Below are positions 33,416-43,438 of a stretch of DNA of 56,042 bases, piece after piece. The stretch spans positions 1-56,042 of the IMG/VR virus record IMGVR_UViG_3300017973_000002. One strand, 5' to 3'. This DNA comes from a virus. Made by a program: the position numbers and the translations under genes. The notes beneath the pieces are model-generated. The model worked only from the letters and a program-made list of their open reading frames with translations. It did not search any database and was not told the origin of the DNA. Within the stretch, counting starts at the first letter, position 1, and each line of letters begins with the position of its first letter.

Positions 33416-35415
33416 GGTGGAGCTGTTGAACTTGATGAAGTAGTACCAGTGCCGTAAAGTAACTTATCTAAGCCGAGTGTTTTAACAACTTTTCCAATAT
33501 CAACGCCTTGTTTTGCCCATTCTTCTGCATGTTTACCAAATTCTTCTGCAATTTGGGATTTAGTTGCGTTTCTCGACATAAACCCTGCAATAACTTTTTG
33601 CGTTGCTTGTTCACGCATTTGTTTTTGTTGAGCCGTTCCACCGTTTTTAAGTTCAGCTTGCATTTGATTTTGTAGTAATTTTGCGTTTTCAACATCAATT
33701 TTCAACTTATCAATGCTGTAATTTTTCTTGTTTAAATCTCTTTCGATTGCTAGTTTTTCTTTATCAATCGTGAAAGCATTGTTATTAAGCGTTTGAGTAT
33801 TTTTGTTTTTCTCTCTTTCAATTGCATTTTTCTCTTTATCAATCGCAAAATTATTTGATGTAACTGTTTTTGTATTTTGAATATCAGCATTTTGCTTAAT
33901 TGCGCTTTGTGTTGTTACACCAGTTTTATTCATATTGATAGCCATTTGGCCTACCTTCGTACCAGTGTTGAATAGTTTGGTTGCATCTACACCTAATGAA
34001 CCTAATTGATTTTGTAAAGTTCTGAATCTATTTAGTTCAGAAGCACTCATGCTACCTTTACTATCTGCTTGCGTTTTTAATTGCATCATCTGGTCAACAA
34101 TTGGTTGAATACGAGGGTCGATGTATTTACCAGTCATATCTGCCACTGTCTTCGCATTTGCAAGCGATTGTTGTGAACCAGTTAATGTTGGGTTCAACTT
34201 ACTTGTATTTAGCATACTGTCATACATGTTTGTTGTTTTACCAATTGGATCAATATTATATCCACGAGAAGCTAGGAACTGTTGAATCGAAGTAGCTTTT
34301 TGACTAGCTAACGCTCTAGCTTTAGGGTCTGTACTTGCTTCAATGATTTGTTTTTGTTTATACAACTCATCTAAGTAAGGTCTTGCTTCTGCTGAAATGT
34401 AGTTTCCAGTTAAGTCGCCCTCTTTCATAGCGAACTCTTTATCCCAGTGTTGTTGACTATCTGTTGTATTGATATTCCAACGTCTAGTATCTTCCATTGT
34501 TTTCATTAAATCCATGATGTTATTGAAACTGTTATTCGTGTTACCTTGATTCATCGTGTTGTATTGTTGTAAGTTTTGGAATCCTTGTTGCAATCGGTTT
34601 TGATACATTTCTTCTGCGCCTGCTTGTTTTTCAGCTTCCAGACGGTTCATGCTATCAGTGATCGCATTATTCTGTACGTTTTGGTTGTTGTAAATATCAG
34701 CCATCGCATTTTGACGGTTCATTGCAAGCCTTAAATTTTGGTCGTCTGCAATACCACCATTTATACCGTTATCAGTCTGATTTTGCGCTTGTTGTAACCC
34801 TTGAAGAAAATAATTATGGTCTAGGTTATTAACTGAACTATTTACGCCTGCTTCAATTTGGCGAAGTTGGTTGTTATATCCATCTTCTTTCGCTTTACGA
34901 AGAACTTCTGCTTGCTGTAAAGCATAGTCCTTTGAATAATCAATACCGATTTTTTGACCCATTTCTTGGATCGTTGGCATTTTCTGTTGTTGCTGTGCCA
35001 TTTGCAACGCCATTGCCATTAATGGATTCATCTGCGATTGTTGTTGTATTGGATTTGGCATTTGCCCCATATTTGGCATTTGACCCATTGGCGGTTGTTG
35101 TCCCATATTTGGCATTTGGTTCATTGGTGGACGTTGCCCCATGCCCATGTTTGGTTGCTGAAATGGATTTGGCTGAACTGGTGGGCGCATTTGCCCATTG
35201 TTTGGCATTTGCCCCATATTCGGCATTGGTTGAAACGGATTAGGCATAACTTGAGGGCGCATTTGCCCCATGTTAGGCATTTGTCCCATGCTTGGATTTA
35301 ACGGTAATACTTGAGGGCGCATTTGCGCCCCTTGTTGCATAGGATTAAACGGTAACATTTGAGGTTGCATTTGCGCCCCTTGTAGCTTATTAGGTAGTGG
35401 CGTTGGCATTACCAT
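33394..35415 (-). CDS. Q/P/M-rich repeat protein (673 aa), probable internal virion/ejection protein
   Basis: ATG behind AAGGGGGA. N-terminal degenerate PNMGQM(R)P repeats, a long Q/N-rich helical region, and IDKEKxAIER repeats. Confidence 0.85.
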   Translation of the reverse strand: MVMPTPLPNKLQGAQMQPQMLPFNPMQQGAQMRPQVLPLNPSMGQMPNMGQMRPQVMPNPFQPMPNMGQMPNNGQMRPPVQPNPFQQPNMGMGQRPPMNQMPNMGQQPPMGQMPNMGQMPNPIQQQSQMNPLMAMALQMAQQQQKMPTIQEMGQKIGIDYSKDYALQQAEVLRKAKEDGYNNQLRQIEAGVNSSVNNLDHNYFLQGLQQAQNQTDNGINGGIADDQNLRLAMNRQNAMADIYNNQNVQNNAITDSMNRLEAEKQAGAEEMYQNRLQQGFQNLQQYNTMNQGNTNNSFNNIMDLMKTMEDTRRWNINTTDSQQHWDKEFAMKEGDLTGNYISAEARPYLDELYKQKQIIEASTDPKARALASQKATSIQQFLASRGYNIDPIGKTTNMYDSMLNTSKLNPTLTGSQQSLANAKTVADMTGKYIDPRIQPIVDQMMQLKTQADSKGSMSASELNRFRTLQNQLGSLGVDATKLFNTGTKVGQMAINMNKTGVTTQSAIKQNADIQNTKTVTSNNFAIDKEKNAIEREKNKNTQTLNNNAFTIDKEKLAIERDLNKKNYSIDKLKIDVENAKLLQNQMQAELKNGGTAQQKQMREQATQKVIAGFMSRNATKSQIAEEFGKHAEEWAKQGVDIGKVVKTLGLDKLLYGTGTTSSSSTAPPWNTGGK

Positions 35416-35431
35416 GTAATTTCCCCCTTAC

Positions 35432-36334
35432 TTACATAAACGGATTGTACTGTGTAGTTGCTTGTCCCATTTGTGTTTGATATTGTTGAAGCGCTTTATA
35501 ATAATTCATCATTTGTTCCATTTGGCTGTATTTTGACTGTAAATCAGTAAATTGTTGTTGCCACTGTGTTTGTTGTTGTTGCCACTGTTGTTGCTGTGCA
35601 AGATAATTCGGGTCTTGTTGGTAATTCATTTGTTGTTGTTGTTGCGGTTGGTATTGTTGGAACATATTTTGCACTTGTTGTAACAGTGAATTGTTATTAT
35701 TTTGCATCATTTGGCTATAATCAAAAACACTTTGCGGTTGTTGGTACATCGAACCGAAAGGATCACCAGTTTGATAACCGCCATAACCCCCTTGACCACC
35801 GTACATATCCATTTGTGGTTGACCACCGTAATTAGGATAATTTGTTACTTGCGGTTGACCACCGTAGTAAGGATAATTTGTTACTTGCGGTTGTTGATTT
35901 GGATTGTAATTCCCCATATCCATCTGCGGATTCGGATTGTAAGGCATTGTTTGATACCCGCCATTTGGGTTTGATGGCTGAGTAGGGTTATACGGCATAG
36001 TCTGTTTGCCCCCTTGCGCCATATCTTGTGTCATAGGCGGTTTTGCTTGTGTCACTGGTGCTTGCACTGGCGGTTTCGCTTGTGTTACTGGTGGTTTTGC
36101 TTGTGTTACTGGCGCTTGCGTTACTGGTGGTTTCGCTTGTTGTGTCACTGGTGGTTTCGCTTGTGTTTGTGGTGGCTTATTGATATACCCCATTAACTGT
36201 TGATTTTGCTGTGCTGAACCAGTGTAATTAGCTATTCCATACTGACCTGCAAGTTTTGAACGATTATTATAACTGCTATCCATACCTTTTGATTTCATTA
36301 AATCGACAACTGATGAACCAGTGTTTAATGCCAT
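35432..36334 (-). CDS. Repeat-rich virion protein (300 aa): small N-terminal domain, (A)KPPVTQ repeats, G/Y/Q-rich and polyQ tail
   Basis: Start at ATG 36334 (AGAAGGTG RBS). The sequence repeats are visible in the translation. Confidence 0.8.
   Translation of the reverse strand: MALNTGSSVVDLMKSKGMDSSYNNRSKLAGQYGIANYTGSAQQNQQLMGYINKPPQTQAKPPVTQQAKPPVTQAPVTQAKPPVTQAKPPVQAPVTQAKPPMTQDMAQGGKQTMPYNPTQPSNPNGGYQTMPYNPNPQMDMGNYNPNQQPQVTNYPYYGGQPQVTNYPNYGGQPQMDMYGGQGGYGGYQTGDPFGSMYQQPQSVFDYSQMMQNNNNSLLQQVQNMFQQYQPQQQQQMNYQQDPNYLAQQQQWQQQQTQWQQQFTDLQSKYSQMEQMMNYYKALQQYQTQMGQATTQYNPFM
36040..36185. repeat. Imperfect 21-bp tandem repeats (GGTGGTTTYGCTTGTGTTACT) coding AKPPVTQ units
   Basis: Six to seven units read directly. 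In frame with the CDS on the minus strand. Confidence 0.85.
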
Positions 36335-36410
36335 AAAAGTCACCTTCTTTTTTAAATTTTCTAACTTTATATTTAAAGTACCGTTTCAAAACGTATTAAA
36401 ACTGGCAATC

Positions 36411-38138
36411 TTAGACGATCTGAAACTCGTAAGTAATTTTTAATGTATTCCCCACTGTTTTTGTAACTGGTTGCGGGAGTAGGATTCGTGAAGTAAGTGG
36501 CTGTAATCTATGCGAAACCCATGTGTAAGTTGCATTTGGGAATACAGCATCATAAAACGTAATCCATGTACCACCATTATTTTTTGCGCCACAATTAAAA
36601 AAATGATAATCTCCGTATATAGGGTCAATAACTAGCCCATCAACTCCATAATTACCACCATGATTTTCAGAAAACACATAGCTTTTTGCTATAAAACTGA
36701 AATTATTATCAAGGTCGTATAAATGGATTCCAAAGTTTCCACTACCTATTCCAATTAGTAACGCTCTCTTTTTTAAATCAACACCTATTAATTTTGGGTG
36801 ATAAAGAGTGGTAGTGTTGGAAGGATCATAATTACAGTTTAATGTTAATTTCGATGGTGTTGGTGAATACAAATGCGAACTGACAAGAGGATAACTTCCT
36901 ACTAAATTAAAAGATTTATCAAACTTTAAAATACATGCTTCGCATAAATGAGAATTTGCAGTAGGTTTGGAAGTATCTATTGTAGTAAGAATATAGTGAT
37001 AGTTTAAATCTGAACTAATTTCAATTTTATACCCTCTTACAGTTCCGTTTGCATATGACGTTCCACCTTCCGCAGTAAATACATTATTTATTAAATAATT
37101 AAAATTCGGTAATTTGGAAGTCATATCAATAACTTGAACACTACCATCTGCCTTGCTGATTTTAACCATTTTCCCTTTCCCTAATGTTGGAAATGCCGAA
37201 GGTGAGTTTTTCATATAAATTACTGGAAAAGTATATAAATACCCTTCATCTTCTCCGTAGGGAGTATTCAAAGCGTATAGATTACTTGAACCCATATCAA
37301 TTGCACAATTATTAAAAGCCATAACGCTTGTATCAACTACTCTTGCTAACGTTAATTGGATTGGGTAGGCTGTACTTGGTTGACTGTAATTATAAAAAGC
37401 CATTTTAACTGGTGACGTAGCTGTTAATTGGTATCTTAGTGTATCTCCATAAAAAACAATTAATTGATTAGAATACATACTTTGAACCATACCGTAAATT
37501 GATTTTCCTTCTAATCCAGTTGGCGCTCCATAACGACTATCATTTGAAGCCATTAGTATTCTTGATTTTTCTTGTGGCTGAGGGTATTGCAGTCCTTGTG
37601 TATCACCAAAAGTAAAGCCTATACTTTGAAATATTCCATTTGCACAGTTTGTTGGAAAATCGAAAACGTGTTTCGCATAACGAAAAGCAGTTGTACTTTC
37701 TGCTTCATTGTATGTTCCATAAAGTGCTGTCGGTGAAGCATTTTTAAATCGGTCTTGTGTACCTACAACAAATCCTTTCATAATATATTCTTTAGAAGGA
37801 TTTTCGGGTGAATTATCTGTTGTTAAATATACATTCTTAAAAATATCAGCAGTTAAAACCGTTCCACTAGCAGGGTTTAAAAGAGGATCACCGTTTACAT
37901 TCTTTGAATTTTTACCTATATATTGAAAAATCTGTCCTGCTTGTGATTCTATATAATTATTAAATAAATTTGGAGAAATAAAATTTTCTCCTTTCACTTC
38001 CTCGACTTTTTTTCCAGTTGCTTCGTCGAAAATTTCAACTGTCACTTTCCCAATTACATTACTTTCTTCTTTGTATTTTGTAACTTCTTCGTATTCTAAT
38101 GTTTCTAGGTTACGATATGACGCTTTTGTTTCTCTCAT
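36411..38138 (-). CDS. Virion structural protein (575 aa), probable tail/receptor-binding component
   Basis: ATG behind AGGGGGATAAAT. Position after the fibre gene. Function inferred from synteny only. Confidence 0.8.
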   Translation of the reverse strand: MRETKASYRNLETLEYEEVTKYKEESNVIGKVTVEIFDEATGKKVEEVKGENFISPNLFNNYIESQAGQIFQYIGKNSKNVNGDPLLNPASGTVLTADIFKNVYLTTDNSPENPSKEYIMKGFVVGTQDRFKNASPTALYGTYNEAESTTAFRYAKHVFDFPTNCANGIFQSIGFTFGDTQGLQYPQPQEKSRILMASNDSRYGAPTGLEGKSIYGMVQSMYSNQLIVFYGDTLRYQLTATSPVKMAFYNYSQPSTAYPIQLTLARVVDTSVMAFNNCAIDMGSSNLYALNTPYGEDEGYLYTFPVIYMKNSPSAFPTLGKGKMVKISKADGSVQVIDMTSKLPNFNYLINNVFTAEGGTSYANGTVRGYKIEISSDLNYHYILTTIDTSKPTANSHLCEACILKFDKSFNLVGSYPLVSSHLYSPTPSKLTLNCNYDPSNTTTLYHPKLIGVDLKKRALLIGIGSGNFGIHLYDLDNNFSFIAKSYVFSENHGGNYGVDGLVIDPIYGDYHFFNCGAKNNGGTWITFYDAVFPNATYTWVSHRLQPLTSRILLPQPVTKTVGNTLKITYEFQIV

Positions 38139-38148
38139 ATTTATCCCC

Positions 38149-40029
38149 CTAGCTTAATAACCAGTTTAGTAAATTTTGTACGATAGTCTTTCCGTTTGTT
38201 GTTAATTGGATAGCGTTTAAATAACCGAAAACAGCTATTTTTTTAGGATAGGTAGTGCTATTCGCTAATAAAGTGTTTTCAGAAATAATAGAAGCACCTA
38301 CTCGATTAACAGAAGTAGTCACTCCAAAATTACCTCGTATTATTAAATTATCAACATAACCACAATCATCACCTTTTGATGCTGAAACGTCTTTACTGTA
38401 TTGAAATGTGATTGTATAAGTTCCTGTTGGATATGTTTTACTAAAATTCGCATAACTGTTACTAGTTCCACTTGTTTTCACTTCTTCAACACCGTTTACA
38501 ATAAACTTAAAATAATCAGGACTTTCTGATGATGCCATATAATCAAATGCAATTGTAACTGGACTTACTGAAAAGACAGTAGTTGTCATTTTTGTTGTTT
38601 GACTATCTAAGATAGTAGGGTTCGTTAAGGCTCTCCCTCCGAACCTTCCTTTTCCTATCGCTGAACTTCCCCATGTCCCACCAGTAAATGTCCATGTTAA
38701 AGTGTTTGATATACCATTCTCAAAATCTTCGAGCAAATCAGTAGGAGTAACAACTGCTATTGAATCAGTATAAAGTAACGGTGTTCCAATTAACGTTCCA
38801 TTCACACACGTTATTACAGGATAAGCTAAGTTCAAAACACTAACATCTCCACCAGTTGAAATGTTTCCAGTAATAGATTGTGATGAACTTGATTTCACAT
38901 TTCCAATATATTCATTTACAGCATCAATAGTAGATAAACCGAATGTTTTATACGCTGTGTTTGTAGGATAAAATTTTACATCATCAGCCCCAAACAACAA
39001 AGGTTTATTACTTGTTTTGATTAAAGTCACTAAATTAGGGTAACTTTTGAATAAGTTTGTTGCATTACATAAGATAATTAAATCTGCTTTCGTTATCTTA
39101 TTACTTAAATCAGAATCAAAAAGAGTAGATTGGAGTACAGCATACCCCAAATTTAAAACAACCCCTGCAACTGCACTAGAATATTGGTCACTTAAGTTAT
39201 CACAAATGATTAACACCCTTTTATTCACAAAAAGAGGTGGTATACTTCCGCCAGTTACGATACCAGTTCCAGTGTAGGAAAGGGTATCAACTGGTAGTCG
39301 AAAAGGAAATGCTTTACTGATACTATCAAACGCAATTATATCCCCTAGATTAAATTTTAGTGCCATTTGCGATTGATCCCCCATAATAGCAGGAATTAAC
39401 GCAATTAAATCTTGAAAACTCATACCAATTGTTACATTAATGCCTTTTACAACTAAATTATCGACTAACGTTTGTTTAATCGTTTGTAATTTTGCTTGTA
39501 ATTGCGTAAAAGTATCACTAGCTTGTGCAGGCGTGCCAATAACACTCGCTAGTTGAGATTTTCCGTTATTGGCAAGCTGAAAAAGTTCATTTAAAGCCGA
39601 TACAAGGTCATTTTTTGCGCTCGTTTGCAATTGTGCTGTGTTCCCTACCTTGCTATTTACTTCATTTAAAGCGCTTGTTACGTTGTTTTTTGCAGATGTA
39701 TTTAAGGAGTTTAGGTCGCCTATCCTAGTGTCTTGACCATTAAAACTCACCCATTTACTAAATTGATCTCGTATTTTAAGAATTCCACTTGACGTGTCAT
39801 ACCATATTTTAAATTGACCAAGTGGTTCTTGTGAGCCAATGAAAACCTCATTCCCTTGACCACCGCCACCAAGTTGACCATTTTTAATTAAGTTTTCAAT
39901 GTATACAATTCGTTCATCATTATCATTATTTGCTATACGAACTAATTCATTTTCTTGATTGTACTTATAGGCTGTAACTACATCGCCATCTTTCCAGTCA
40001 TAAAAAGCACTTTTAGGTATATTTGCCAT
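38149..40029 (-). CDS. Tail fibre protein
   Basis: Tandem fibre-shaft motifs NTSAKNNVTSALNEVNSKVG and QTSAKNDLVSALNELFQ. 626 aa. Confidence 0.8.
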   Translation of the reverse strand: MANIPKSAFYDWKDGDVVTAYKYNQENELVRIANNDNDERIVYIENLIKNGQLGGGGQGNEVFIGSQEPLGQFKIWYDTSSGILKIRDQFSKWVSFNGQDTRIGDLNSLNTSAKNNVTSALNEVNSKVGNTAQLQTSAKNDLVSALNELFQLANNGKSQLASVIGTPAQASDTFTQLQAKLQTIKQTLVDNLVVKGINVTIGMSFQDLIALIPAIMGDQSQMALKFNLGDIIAFDSISKAFPFRLPVDTLSYTGTGIVTGGSIPPLFVNKRVLIICDNLSDQYSSAVAGVVLNLGYAVLQSTLFDSDLSNKITKADLIILCNATNLFKSYPNLVTLIKTSNKPLLFGADDVKFYPTNTAYKTFGLSTIDAVNEYIGNVKSSSSQSITGNISTGGDVSVLNLAYPVITCVNGTLIGTPLLYTDSIAVVTPTDLLEDFENGISNTLTWTFTGGTWGSSAIGKGRFGGRALTNPTILDSQTTKMTTTVFSVSPVTIAFDYMASSESPDYFKFIVNGVEEVKTSGTSNSYANFSKTYPTGTYTITFQYSKDVSASKGDDCGYVDNLIIRGNFGVTTSVNRVGASIISENTLLANSTTYPKKIAVFGYLNAIQLTTNGKTIVQNLLNWLLS

Positions 40030-40037
40030 ACTTCCAC

Positions 40038-42326
40038 CTACTTCCCACGGTTATTTTGCGACACATCAAACTCAAAGCCGAACCCAAGAAGTCCGAATGG
40101 TTTGTTTTCAATATGAAGTAACGTGAATTTTACACGAGTACATTCCCCTTGAACTCGCATGAATTTTGTACTTACATCATTCACCCCGAAACTAGAACGA
40201 CCAAGTAACCATTGTCCGAGAATGGTATTTTGTTCTTCCGTTAAAATATTTGGTTCTAGTATCACGTCACCGTGATTGTTAGTTGCAGGGACTAAGATTA
40301 AATTAGGTTTTTGTCCACTGGTTTGAACGATTTTACCATCAATAATTTGCACGTCAGTTCGTTCTGGGTTCACAACAACTACACGATCAGCAAAAACATA
40401 TAGATTTGAATTAACACTTACCCCATAATTTCGGAACATCATGCGTAATTGTTTTAACTTCTTTTGTAAGTAAGGTGTACCGAGGTCATATTCTTTCGTT
40501 TCAATACGGTCTTCATAGACATATCCATCATCATCAAATATCGTAGGGTCAAATACATATACATCACCAGTTTTTTTACTTTGGCCATAAAGAGTACCCC
40601 CAATGTCATATGCGTTTGTGAAGTCGAGTTTAGTAGATGTATCAATGACCCATGCCACATTTTGCTCGACATAACAACGAAGCCTTGTTTCACGGTCTGG
40701 ATAAATTAGATGATACTTATGGTCATGCACAACGCCTACTGCATTTTTATCTTTATAAACTAAGTTTGAAATTTTCAGGTCAATTCGGCTGACGTTTGCA
40801 CGTTCTTCCGTTGTACCAACTGATTCTAAGATGTTGATTCCATCTTTTGCTAAAAAGATTAGTTGGTTCTGGAAAACTTGTGCTGAATAAGGCGCAATAC
40901 AACCAACGGTGGAGTTTAGAACAATTCGTGTAAAATCACTTGGACTTTTTCCGTAAACTGCTTGAATTGTTGTTTCCGTAAAGGCAACTAACATATCACG
41001 GTAACGAACAAGCGCTGTCAATGGTTCGATATTTCGTGTATCAAACTGAAGCGTATTTGGTACTGGAAAGTAATCTGTTTTCTTTAGGTCTGATACATAC
41101 ATCATAGAGTTATTTGTATCATCACCATAAACGATAATTCGTTCCCAGTGTAAAATGATTCTCGTACAGTTATTAATCGCTGACGTATCAATCGTCTGGT
41201 TTTTATTATCTGCATACACGGTGTATTTCGGAACGATAAACCGTGCTGTTGTATTCGTGTTGCTTGCATCACGCACATAACAATCAAACTCATAATCTCC
41301 AGTTGATGTTGGTGTGAACGTAAATGTTTTATTTGCAGACCAGTCTTGAACCGTTTTAAAATCAGCTTCTCCAACTTTTCGATTAGCAAATTTGTATTCC
41401 ACATTTACCATACTAGATGGCTTACTGATATAGATTTTTAGGTCAGTTGGCGTGTTGATAATCCCTTGACGTAAAGTAGATGTTACTCCTTCAATTCGAA
41501 GGGCGCTTGCTACACCATCTTGAATATAATTATTCGGATCATCTGCAAGTCCGTTCGTTCCAACATAGAGAACTTCAAGAGGTGTAGGAGTATAGGGTGT
41601 TATAACTTTCGCTACTGCCCCATCAAATTCAACTAGCTTCGTGCCAGTGGCGATAATTAACTTATTTTTATACTGAATCGCTTCGATTGGTCGTTTTGTT
41701 TGGAATCCACTTGGTAAATTTACGATTGGAATAAGTGTACTTTCAACTTCATAATTCAGTTCTAGGTTATTTCCATATAAAAATGCTTGAACATCATTAC
41801 TAGATGGATTATACGTCCAGTTTGTTTCACTATCTGCAAGAGAAAATTCAAACTCTTTCGAACTAACAAGTGAAACTTGTTTTGCTTTTGAAATTCCAAC
41901 AACAACTTGATATGGACTATTAGCGCTATCTGTTATCGTGACATTCCCACCAACTTTAGCGTTCGGTACACTTACTTTGATAATTCTGAAACCTTTACCA
42001 TTAGCATCTACACCACTTCGAGCATAAGTGTAGGTTTGAGTTTCATTCAGTGTAATGCTATCAATTGGGTCTTGATATAACTTTCCACTTACTGCTCTTA
42101 TTTCAAGAGGTTTTCTTCCACGTCTAATAAGGCGAAAAAATCCTTGCCCAAAACCTTTTATTGGATTATTCCAGTATTTTTTCATTCCGTATCTACGTGA
42201 TAAATCACCCGATAATCCAATGTCGATGTTATTTAAGACAGAAAATTCATTGTCTGGTAACAAATAAGCATTTGAAACTGAATTCATTCCACCGTTACTA
42301 AAATTTCCGTAATCACTGGATTGCAT
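40038..42326 (-). CDS. Large tail (nozzle / tail-tubular-B-like) protein, 762 aa
   Basis: Start at ATG 42326 (AGGGGGTGG RBS, TAATG overlap with the upstream stop). Size and position match podovirus tail-tube proteins. No motif support. Confidence 0.8.
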   Translation of the reverse strand: MQSSDYGNFSNGGMNSVSNAYLLPDNEFSVLNNIDIGLSGDLSRRYGMKKYWNNPIKGFGQGFFRLIRRGRKPLEIRAVSGKLYQDPIDSITLNETQTYTYARSGVDANGKGFRIIKVSVPNAKVGGNVTITDSANSPYQVVVGISKAKQVSLVSSKEFEFSLADSETNWTYNPSSNDVQAFLYGNNLELNYEVESTLIPIVNLPSGFQTKRPIEAIQYKNKLIIATGTKLVEFDGAVAKVITPYTPTPLEVLYVGTNGLADDPNNYIQDGVASALRIEGVTSTLRQGIINTPTDLKIYISKPSSMVNVEYKFANRKVGEADFKTVQDWSANKTFTFTPTSTGDYEFDCYVRDASNTNTTARFIVPKYTVYADNKNQTIDTSAINNCTRIILHWERIIVYGDDTNNSMMYVSDLKKTDYFPVPNTLQFDTRNIEPLTALVRYRDMLVAFTETTIQAVYGKSPSDFTRIVLNSTVGCIAPYSAQVFQNQLIFLAKDGINILESVGTTEERANVSRIDLKISNLVYKDKNAVGVVHDHKYHLIYPDRETRLRCYVEQNVAWVIDTSTKLDFTNAYDIGGTLYGQSKKTGDVYVFDPTIFDDDGYVYEDRIETKEYDLGTPYLQKKLKQLRMMFRNYGVSVNSNLYVFADRVVVVNPERTDVQIIDGKIVQTSGQKPNLILVPATNNHGDVILEPNILTEEQNTILGQWLLGRSSFGVNDVSTKFMRVQGECTRVKFTLLHIENKPFGLLGFGFEFDVSQNNRGK

Positions 42327-42946
42327 TATTGCCACCCCCTATAAATCTGTACGGTATTCGGACGTGTTCTACGAAGCATACGCTGACTATCATAAGACAT
42401 TTCTTTTTTAATGCCTTCATACTCATTAAGATAGGTCATGCGTTGATCTTGTCCTCCTTCCCAGTTCTCGTAGTAACGGATAGCACTAAACAACGGCAAA
42501 ACCCTATGATAGCGTGGCGGGAAATTCGGTTCTGTTGAAAGTGAAGGGTCTTCAGTCAAACTTGGAATCCGTTGTGGTGAGCCAAAATAATCTACACTTA
42601 ACTGAAAATCTTGTTTCATTCCCTTTTGTAAAGTTAATTGGTCGCCAAAAAGTGAGTAAGATAAGCTGTCGTCCTGTGGGTAGTAATCTTTTCTTAGTGG
42701 TCTTAATGATAGGTCATATATCTTCCCATCAACTGTAACACTTACTCTTGCAATCTCAATCACATCATTTGGAATAGTAAAAGTAGTCGTTCCACTTGAC
42801 GCTTGATAGGTCTTTGTTTTCGCAACAACAACTACATTCCCTAAATCTTCCAAACATTCATTAAATAAATCTATTATCTTTTGTGCATCTAGGTTTTTAT
42901 CAATTAAATATTGCGTTCGAGTAATTAATTCGCTTATTTTTGCCAC
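42326..42946 (-). CDS. Head-tail adaptor / tail-tubular-A-like protein (206 aa)
   Basis: GTG behind AGGGGGGG. Synteny only. Confidence 0.7.
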   Translation of the reverse strand: MAKISELITRTQYLIDKNLDAQKIIDLFNECLEDLGNVVVVAKTKTYQASSGTTTFTIPNDVIEIARVSVTVDGKIYDLSLRPLRKDYYPQDDSLSYSLFGDQLTLQKGMKQDFQLSVDYFGSPQRIPSLTEDPSLSTEPNFPPRYHRVLPLFSAIRYYENWEGGQDQRMTYLNEYEGIKKEMSYDSQRMLRRTRPNTVQIYRGWQ

Positions 42947-42961
42947 CCTTTTGTACCCCCC

Positions 42962-43369
42962 CTAACTAATCCATGAATCTTTTGCAAATGCACTTTGAAA
43001 CTCTTTTGCAAAATCCACGGTAAAATTCTTTTCATCTTTCTTCTTTCGTTCTTCTGCTTTTCGTTCGCTCTCATTGATACGGTCAAATACTTTCATTCCA
43101 TGAACACGAATGTCATTTCTCTTTACATACCGCAAGGTTCTTTCGTCCAGTTGTTTGTAAGGCGATGTAGCATTGTAAGTCGTTTCGCCACCATCTTTTG
43201 AATGAATTTCATAGCGCTCATTCTTTAGGTTGAACACCACAAATAGTTCTGGATCATACTCTTTTAATCTCTCTGGAATGTTATATGTGTTCGTAAACAA
43301 TGGTTTTAAATGAGGTCTATCCTTTAGTAAAAAATTAATCTCGTCACGTTCTAATCTGCCAAACTTCAT
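42962..43369 (-). CDS. Hypothetical virion-module protein (135 aa)
   Basis: Start at ATG 43369 (AAAGGAGA RBS, 9-nt spacing). Confidence 0.7.
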   Translation of the reverse strand: MKFGRLERDEINFLLKDRPHLKPLFTNTYNIPERLKEYDPELFVVFNLKNERYEIHSKDGGETTYNATSPYKQLDERTLRYVKRNDIRVHGMKVFDRINESERKAEERKKKDEKNFTVDFAKEFQSAFAKDSWIS

Positions 43370-43393
43370 ACCATTCAATCTCCTTTTTGTATA

Positions 43394-43432
43394 AAAAAAG
43401 AGGGTGAAAATGAATTCACCCCCCGTTTTTTT
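43394..43432 (-). terminator. Intrinsic terminator/attenuator just downstream of the major capsid gene
   Basis: GGGTGAA-AATGAA-TTCACCC hairpin (43402..43421) flanked by an A-run and a T-run. Confidence 0.65.
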
Positions 43433-43438
43433 TGTATC

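Noticed and set aside
36040-36185. Possible CRISPR-like array (regular short repeats here and at 32658..32810)
   Set aside because: The repeats are contiguous with no unique spacers, are in frame with long CDSs, and translate to peptide repeats.
36006-36203. Cys/Gly/Thr-rich plus-strand ORFs (36006..36203, 36014..36196) and other plus-strand ORFs at 34932..35974
   Set aside because: They are alternative-frame readings of the tandem repeats in the minus-strand virion genes. They have no RBS.
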